Part shown: positions 54,916-64,000 of the stretch, in pieces
Numbering within the stretch: position 1 is the first letter of the stretch
Layout: the number at the start of each line of letters is the position of its first letter
Program-made: the position numbers and the translations under genes
From: Trichoplax adhaerens
Lineage: Eukaryota > Animalia > Placozoa
DNA: 64,000 bases
Direction of reading: 5' to 3'
NCBI RefSeq assembly: GCF_000150275.1
Contig: NW_002060944.1
Coordinates: 8,890,159-8,954,158 of the forward strand
The notes under the pieces: generated by a model
Seen by the model: the letters and a program-made list of their open reading frames with translations, nothing else
What the model was told of the DNA's origin: nothing
Database searches by the model: none

Positions 54916-57900
54916 TTAGTATAAGAGGTCCGCTGAATAAATATTTAGCAGTAATTGTAACAAATATACCCGACCATCAATTAAATAATGTCAGTCAGAA
55001 TTTTCTTGAAAGCACGGCTCATAGTCTGATATTTCCATATTTCCTATTAATTAATAAGTTACCATCATTGTTGGCTAAAATAGCATCATTAACACGATAG
55101 AGCTTGGATTACTTGACCCACGGAGTGAATTTTTAATATTTGCTAGTCGATAAAGTACAGTATGAAACTTGCGAGAATAGTCATAAATAACTTGTTTTTA
55201 GTAAATTTATCGTCAGTTATAATATTTTTATCTTACTACCTCCTTCATCATTGACTATTAGATTTCGCAAAGACTGTAATGCCACTTCACCAGGATATAT
55301 AACTCTCCATTTTCGATTACTTGATAATACGCTATTTGAGACAATTTCATAAAACGTAAGTTTAAACGATTATTGTAGGATATACCTTGTTGATACAAGT
55401 CCCTAACTCTATCCATTTACAACTCACTCATCGATCCATGATCTTTTTGATGAATTTTCTGGTTTGGTCCATCGAATAAGATTTTGCGCTAATATTGGAT
55501 TGTGAAATTATTAATCTCGAGAGAAGCATGTAGAGACTGATATTGCGAAATTAAATGTAGGGCTGCTTCAATAAAAAAGATGTTTTTACCGTCTTTATAC
55601 GGCACAGTAAGATTTCCGGGAGATTTTTCACTAAAACGTATAAGGCAAGTTCCAATTGGTTCACTCTGTAGGATAGATTCAGCTTCGGCCTTACTAATAA
55701 ATCCTATAATATTTCTATCAATAATTTCAGTGATTTAGTATTTTGATGTACACTGGTATTAGGAATAAAAATTTTGTTAGTAATCAATAGTGTCTATAGT
55801 TTCGTTTACTTATAATCGAAAAATTTTATCTAGAAATTGTTGAAAATATATTACTTTGTATTTTTATAGCAAATACTAAATTGAAAACTTTGATATCTTA
55901 CCCTTCCTTCCATAAAGTTGATAGTAAGTTTGCTGGCTTCGATATTGCTTCTAAACACATAAATATCCATTCACCAACAGAGTACCTGTCTGCTAAACCA
56001 GCCTTTGCATTCTGATTTACAAAATAAAATGTTAAAAATGTATTGATGAGATGACTACAGCAGAAATTTTACAGTTAATAAATCGCCTTTGAATGAGTCT
56101 CACATTGACGAAGACATCTCGGTTTACCAAGTCATTATCGTTGACAGTAACAGGATCTGCCGTTTCAAATATCATGTTTGTTAAATCTTTTAATTTGTCT
56201 CACATTTATCTAATTTTATATCGATTGTATGATTGCACTTTCTATATCATACTAGTGTGCCCACACGCCAAGTTTATATAGAATATAGATTTGTCGGTAC
56301 TGTTATACTGGCACTTCATCTACTACTGTACCTTCCCAAATAAGTTTAATTTATTTTAACTTATCAATCTTTTCTATTTTTGCTCACTATTTATTATGTA
56401 CCATTTTTTACAAATATTTTAATGACGAACTCTCGATTTAGATGAAATTGGAAAGATTTAGCCTCGTGCAATACTAGTACTGGTTAGTTAACTTAATCTT
56501 GCACTATAAACAGCCTGTTCTATTTTAAAAAATAATCGCCATTATAAAGTACATTTTTGTTACCTTTTCCGAAAATCATAAATTTAATATATTGCAGATT
56601 TATTGCTGATAATGATTTTTTAACGCGGTACTGGAATTGAAATACCAGCATTTTTTCAACTTCATACCAAGGCATATTAGGTTCATATGGAAAGCAACTT
56701 CCGGCTGAGATCAACTAATGGCAATGAGTCGTTTACGGAAATTCAATAAGCAATAAGTTATGAGTATCACAATACGAGCTATAATGAAAAATTAAACGCC
56801 TAAATTTAGCGAATTAAATTTTTATCTATCTATTGTGATTCCATGGTGATTCCAACTAATTACTTACGATGGGAATCACCGTAGTTATAGTATGTCAGAG
56901 TAAAATATATGTGGTACCATAATAATAATTGTTATAAAGTTATTGATAACTGTGTAAGTTTTTGTACTGTAATTACGACTAATAGTAAGTAATATTTGAT
57001 ATTTACAGTATTGTATAAAGAAGCAATCATAAGTACTCGTATAGGGTAAATTAGATGAGAATATAATATTTTTTAATATTGATATATTATCGTGTATAAC
57101 AATAAATACGAATGTGTAAGATTAACTACGTGAAATAGTGTAGCCTGCATCATAGCTTTAAATATAGCTAATGGAAATTTGTGCATCATGATGGCATGTT
57201 GTGTTATTAGTGAAAGCATACAAGCACAAATTGATGAATAAATGGAATAGTTTTTACCGGCTACACTCGAAGTATCTATTGTATGAAATCATAAAACCTA
57301 AATACATAACAATATCGTCACGGTGCAAGTACATCATGAACAGCAGTAGAGATTTTAAGTATTTTTACCGTAGCAGATTTCCATATTAGCTGTTGATTTT
57401 ATATGTTCTATTCTTTCTGTATTAATTAGCTGCGTTCTATAGTAGTACAGTGTTATGTTGTTCCTTATGCTACTAGGTTAAGGCTGTAATGTTAGCCGAA
57501 TAGTAGACATTCTTCTTATGGTAACCTTTGAGCCATTTACATAATTCTCATGTCCAGTACACCTAATAGTAACAAGTTTTCCTTAAAGAACTGTTCAAGG
57601 AGTCTATTGACGAAATTAGGGACTTCTTATCTTATTCCTATCTGCATCTTATCTAATGTTAAGCAAAAGAATTATGTTTTTCTCTATGCTTTTGCTTATA
57701 TAGATTAGATTGACTAAAACTATTGTAATTGTCTTGTAATTGCGACTATTAGCCGCTCGTAACCGGTTTTGTAGTTTCATAAGCAAACCAGCCTTGATCC
57801 TACTAGTTAGAATAAAGTAAAGTAACTCGATGTTGTACAGTTTATCGGGGGAATATGGTCTAAAAGGGTAGTTCTAAGTTGATACTAGGATAATCACTGA

Positions 57901-60900
57901 AAATAGCAACTTAGAAGAGCGAAATAGTTTACTTACACTTTGTCAAGAGTGTATTCTATAATAAATATAAATAACGTTATGAATCATAGTCCATTAGTAA
58001 CGCGACGGATTGTAGGGCTATTTCCGTCTAATAGTAGATCGTAGGTGCACTAAATTGATACTATAAACGCTCAAACTGTAGTTCGGTTATCTAGAATTAA
58101 TTAATAGAAGTCCATAGCTATAAATTCTGTATTTCTGTATTAATTTGGTTATTAAGTTAAACTCAGGTGTTAGAATCTTTAGATAATCCATCAATGTTAG
58201 TTATTGCTGAGGGGTATATAAATTCAGCAGATAGTTAGATAAAATCAGTTCTCTAGTTGTGTAACATAATAACAGTGGCGTTTAAGTTTTTGCAAGTAGA
58301 TAAGGGATACTAAATCCGGAAGACTCCAGAAATTTCGGGATTTTTGTACGTAAATTTTATCACAAAGTTAGTTTGTAACAACAACATCTTCGATCATCAA
58401 GCTATGTAACGTCTACTCTCTAAATCTGAATTAATTCCAATCGATAGCATTTACGATGTCAAAGAAAAGTAATTTAATACTGGTAACTCTCTAAATTTTT
58501 CCTACAAATTAAACTGTAGCTATTTCAAGCCAATTTAAACGGAAAGTAATACAAAATTAATACGTATACGTTCCTTTTAACTATTTCAATTTACGTAAGC
58601 TTAAATTAACGCACATCTGTATCTGGAATTAGATGAATATCCCAAGCTACGCCGGTATCAGCTCTAGCCAACTGATTACCACCAGTTAAGAGCGCGAAAG
58701 GCTTGCTCTTACACTCCATCTAAGAAACAAAAAGATTTTAATTTTACAAAATTTACAACAGATATAAAATTAAGGTAGATAGCGTATAATTATATTATTA
58801 GAATAAGTCATCCTGTGCTAAAATAAATTCGAATGTTATTGAGTAAGATCGATTTAAATCTTAATTATATTACTCTGGTTTGCAAATTTGCAGCTTAGGA
58901 TCAAATATTACTAGATATCAAGGATTTTATAGGAAATTATTAATAGAATCATTTCTTCACAAAGCCCTCCATTTGACTGATTTACGGCTAAAATCGAAGT
59001 TATGGTTATACAATAAAGAGGGTTGTAAATTTACGTATCATTTGATCAATTTTATTTATAAGATATCTAAAAATTGCTATATTATTTTAGAACTATCTTA
59101 TACATGAAATTAATAATATCACGGAAAATATTACCGCTAAAGTTGTTCCAAGACAAGTCTGAACGTTACAGCTAAAGATCAGCTGGCATCGATAATCCGT
59201 CACGTAAGGCTTCCGGAAATTGCAGATTGTTAGTCAGAATTTAATGACCAAAATTAGATCAGTGATAACTAGCAGTTAGATGAATTAAGGATTTACCAGC
59301 TCCTCAGCATTCTTATCTCGTTTTCCACTCGTAAAGCGTTCTTTAAATTTGCCTATACAATACTGTCTATCACCCAATTGTTCCAATGTCATTTCCTAGT
59401 ATTTTCAAAATTACGAGTTTGAATTGAATCTAGTTGCTCAACTTTCAACATTTAGATTATATTTGATATTACTCTATTCCAATATATTTCTATCATACAT
59501 TACTCATATTGGCATAATATATAGACTGATTCTCTTCAGTTAATAATTACAATTTGCAGATTTTCTGCTTATATTGTCGTTGAAAAAATTGTTAAAAGTG
59601 ATGTTGCTAACTAAATCAAATTTCTTTTAACATAAAAATCTTACAATAGCCGAAAAAGTTTTTTCGTGATTTCTCGTCTCGAATCTAAGAAAAATCAAAA
59701 CTAAAGATAAGCATCAATAAATCACAACTCTAATCCTCATTTACTATATCATAATTAACAAATATGCCAGGAAAAAGGATCTACTTCCTGAAAAGCTATT
59801 CCTACGTGATTTCTATTAGAAAATTCAAAAATATTGATAATTTCCTATCATTGTAAAAGTACAGCTAATATACGTTGCCCTTCAAACTTAGCAATGAAAC
59901 TTTAATCATTTTGAATGTACGAACTTAACTATACTTTAACTGCATCAATATTTATTAGCGCTGATTTGGATAAAATTACAAAAATATTTTATTTTTAGCA
60001 TAAATGAGTGAGATGATAATTATGATAATGGTAATGATAATTTTATAGGAGTAACTTTGTCGCTATCCTTAAAAAACATTTACCCATCATATGTCGTCTT
60101 TATCGGCTGTATGATAGAACATTTTTCATTAGCCAAAAATCTACAGATTAAATCATAGAAAATCATGTTTTTGGGATTAAGGCGCTAGTAAAAATTTAAG
60201 TTTTCATGAAATAATTTATCCCATATCGAATAAATTTATATCTAATAGAAAACATACACTGTGGTACATTTGATAAAATTCTCAAATTTGCTAGCTGATG
60301 AGCAGTGAATCATGACGAAGAACGATCTTTTGGAGTCCAGTTAGAATAGAAATTGAAATGGAAATAATCCGATAGATATAACAAGTTGATCAATATACAT
60401 AAGATAGTCTACTTGTCTTAGTATTGTTATATGGGTTATATTTAATTATCAGAAGCTCCAGTGAATTAATTGCTATAAGATTCATAATTACCTCATAATT
60501 AGTTGGTCATGTAGAGAAGTAATATATTGCAAGTTTCGATGACAAATGTCGAGTTCTTCCAACACATCTTTATTGTTCAGTTGTGATAGTAAATTCATGA
60601 CCTGTAATATCGGCAACGTTTATCTCGAAATATCTATTATCGCTAGGAGTATATTACTTAAATGCCATCAATTCTATAATCTTTTTTACTTCTTTGTGCA
60701 ACTGGTGGCAATACAAAAACTTATACTAACCTCTTGATTCACGCTTAAAAATATTCGGTGGACTTCCAGTATGTTTTTAATTCTAAAAATTTTTATAGAT
60801 TTATTACGTATGTCAATGCATTTACTATTAAATACACTATGAATATATACGGTAGATACGACTACAGCATTTTTAGATTAGAATCTATAAACTTATTTTT

Positions 60901-62108
60901 CGATATTGGTAACAAGCTGAGATTTTAAGGTAATGTCTGCGTGCTACTATGACTGCATTAAGATTATATCGTCTGCCAGTGCATTCTATTCACATCTTAT
61001 ATCATGAAATCTCAAGAAAGCAAGAATGTGAAATAATGTTACGCTAAACAATCCATGAGAATATGCAGGCTACATGGATAGAAGATATTTTTTATTCACA
61101 TTTTAATTACTTTAAATTCTGACTGTAATCATTTGTTAAGTAATGACTTACCCAGCGTGAATGTCTCTCAAATTTTCTTTAAATTCACTCGGAAATTGTG
61201 ATTCTTCAGAGTAAAAACGTGATTGCCATTTCCATCCCGCTAAAATTTGAATGAAAAAATTCATGCTTTTACAGGAATACCAGAATAGCAATATTATAAG
61301 AATTACCCAACAATCCCGCAAAATTTCTTTCATGGGTGGGTAATCGATATCTAAGCTATTTCTAAAGCTTTCTAATTTGCAACATATATTCGAAGATAGT
61401 GCTTGCAGTAGGAAAAAAACACCCCAACTTAATCTAATGTCCATACACAACTTGAAATGTTGGGCCTTGCTGTAGCTATCAAATGCTTTCGTACGACAGG
61501 CATTCTGTAATTGATTCATGATTAAAGATAATTTCGAAGATAGGCATTAGTAGATAGGATTAGAGCTTGACATTAGGAGATTTAGCTTCTAACGAAATCT
61601 ACAAACTAACGTAGGTAAAGAAGATTAGCACAAAATGCACATTACGAACTAATAACTTATCCTACCCGGATGCTACCATCATCGTATCCTTGAAATGCCT
61701 CGATACTAACTCCGCAGCCTCTGAGTTTGTGCTAACAAGAAACGTAATTTAAAAACTTACAGTGATGCCATAGATAATTGTAATCAGTAGCAGTAGAGTA
61801 ATAAGATATTTACATGATTTGATCATTTACTGAGAAACAACATAATTTAGCAACTGGAAATTTTATCATGTACTGGCTCTACTGTACATTTACTATAAAA
61901 ATAACGAAATCGTTTATTCCTAGAATTTCTACTATGATATCATGAATTAAGAGCATGTACTGTATAATAGCAGATCTGAACAAACTTCTTGATTAAAAAC
62001 ATTGTTTCATGCCAAATAAGTTATTAACAAATTAAAAATTTTACAAATTCAAAACATCATACTACTCTTTTCGCAAATTATATGATAACGACTCACCCAC
62101 AAGCTCAT
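54916..62108 (-). CDS. STAT: STAT-like transcription factor, paralog B (both ends approximate)
   Basis: Candidate start MSLW|GTGAGT at 62108 (STAT N-termini begin M-x-x-W). Coiled-coil ILAGWKWQ (~61230). PYVTDYRCQLIF (~59140-59210) and KPFALLTGGNQLARADTGVAWD (~58600-58720). Linker MPWYEVEKML...LSAINLQYIK (56560-56714) and YSVGEWIFMCLEAI...LWKEG (55902-56011). SH2 NIIGFISKAEAESILQSEPIGTCLIRFSEKSPGNLTVPY (55590-55714), then WRVIYPG (~55240-55330). Confidence 0.88.
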
Positions 62109-62759
62109 AAGTGACGAAGTTAATTTATCATTGGTTAAATATTCAAATTTCTGTTAAAAAGCAAAATAGACATTTATTAATGATAGCTAAGTTAATGCAT
62201 AGGATCTTGTCACGACTCACTTTACGAAATGATTAACTTAAATAAATTTTAAGCAGTGGATGATACTTAAGCAATGAATTAAATAAAAATTTGACAGTAT
62301 ATTATATCTCATAGTTATATTTGAAATTGGATAATTTCGTAAATTGAATTCATAATTCATATTTCGTTAATCCCTATAGAGGGAATATAAATAAAGCACT
62401 AAACCTGATCGATAGTGTTTTTCATCGAATCAATTTCTTGTACGACGACAACAGTTAACCAGTACTTGATTATAGCCAGACTGCAAGTATTATTCACTGT
62501 TATTCCTTCATTACTACATTAAAAGCAAGAATATAGACTATTAGGCTGGCTCTTCAATATTATCTAACTCCTATAATAGTAATCAGATGCTGTTTAAAAT
62601 CACTTCTGCTAAGAGTAGGATATATCATGTGTATGAGGATGGTAGCATCTTTATACTTATAAATATTAATGAAAATTTCAAAGGTTATTAAGCTTTTAGT
62701 GTTTAGACAATAACTAGCGAAAAAGTGATGTCTCAATGACATTTTAGAAGCGATTGTAA

Positions 62760-63423
62760 CGATATTATATTACTGTAGCATGAAATGCTGCTATAATGAT
62801 ACATACTGATGGTTAGGATATTAAATATCGTTAAAGTATTTAATCGATAATCAAGCATAGACGATCTATTTAAACGACTTATTACAAGAATTCCAAAGAT
62901 GTTATATTACTGTAGCATAGCATATAGTTTTACTAAAATGATCTATAGTGATCTTTCTGAAGTAAGAAATAAATAAAATATTGTAATGTTAAGCAATGAT
63001 CACAAGTAAGACTCCAATTTATATATTCAACGTATTTCTATGTATCAATAATAATATAATTATGAATAGAGAGAGTATTTAAAAATAGCTGATGGCAATC
63101 TCTTTTGAGAATTAAATTGATCAGACTTCTTAATGATCAAATAGATGATATATCTAGACAAACTGTAAGGAGTAATTCTAAAGATGTTATATATCTGAGT
63201 ATAAGTGTTGCTATAATGATCTTCTGTATGCTGATTCTTCTGAAGTAAAGAATATATAAGATAAATTTTATAATGCTAAGCGATAATTATAGGTCAGACT
63301 TCAATTTATATATTTAACGTACTTCTGTATATCAATAACAGTATAAGAATAAATGGAGTACTTAAAAATAGCTGATGACAATCTTTAAGGGGAATAAAAC
63401 TGATCAAAATTCTTAGTAATCAA
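62760..63423. repeat. Diverged ~285-bp tandem duplication (two copies plus a partial third) upstream of STAT-B
   Basis: AAAGATGTTATAT...TCTGAAGTAA...AGACT.CAATTTATATATT.AACGTA...TATCAATAA...AAAAATAGCTGATG.CAATCT...TGATCA at ~62890-63140 and ~63175-63423, with a partial copy at 62760-62800. Confidence 0.85.
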
Positions 63424-64000
63424 TTTTTTATTGTCGTAATAATTCTACGGGTTACTGGGCCGCTGTAGTGATTTCAGCTAATTACAGCAGTTTTGCGTAT
63501 GCAATATAGTGATAGCATGTAGTATAGAACTGTATGTCTTAATAAAGTATATGCTATATAAGGCCGTAGCTGATAGCCATATTAAGTAATGTTATTAAGC
63601 AATGTACTAATGTGATCGATGACTCCTATGTAGAGGAGCAATTGATGATAATTTGTATAAGTTGTATAGAATTGTTACCGTGGAGGCTAAGTCGATTATC
63701 CGATTTATCTTAGCCACTTTCGACTATTATTATGAGGGGAAGAAATTGGAATTCTTCTCTGACTGACGACACACGTACGTTAATAAACTGGACTGTTATA
63801 AATCAATTATACGGTGTTGACTATTTAGTGTCACGTTAGGGATTTGCTCGATTTTAACAACTCAGAATTTTGAGTTGACGGATTACTAACCTAGGGCTAA
63901 TAAGCTGTACACTACAGCCACCTTGATTAATTATAATATTTATGCTAAAGTTTGATCTCAAACAGCATGTACTTTCTATCCTTACATATAGCTATAACGA

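Overview
AT-rich eukaryotic genomic DNA with many short GT-AG introns. Composition, intron size and gene content suggest an early-branching animal, most likely a placozoan such as Trichoplax (inference). I reconstructed five spliced genes by hand, most of which the ORF track misses. (1) A giant minus-strand secreted/surface mosaic gene (ATG 19551, running off the left edge) with a signal peptide, about 6 EGF, about 13 SRCR interleaved with EGF, then alternating EGF/Ig modules. (2) An NRAMP/SLC11 metal transporter (+, 29604-33330). (3) PSMD3/Rpn3 (-, 34742-38148). (4,5) Two tandem, strongly divergent STAT-like genes (-, ~41468-46907+ and ~54916-62108) that share private DNA-binding-domain and SH2 substitutions. 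Non-coding features: a decayed ~1 kb duplicate of the SRCR gene promoter/exon 1, a candidate non-autonomous Helitron, a GC-rich multibranch hairpin, a foldback/MITE-like inverted repeat, CAGTA/TACTG-rich repeat blocks, a young 115-bp tandem array and several local duplications. The most interesting signals are the divergent tandem STAT pair, the NRAMP-PSMD3-STAT linkage that mirrors human HOX-paralogon neighbours, and the SRCR/EGF + (EGF-Ig)n receptor. Together they may form an innate-immune/signalling neighbourhood. Exon boundaries are hand-read and gene ends are approximate where stated.
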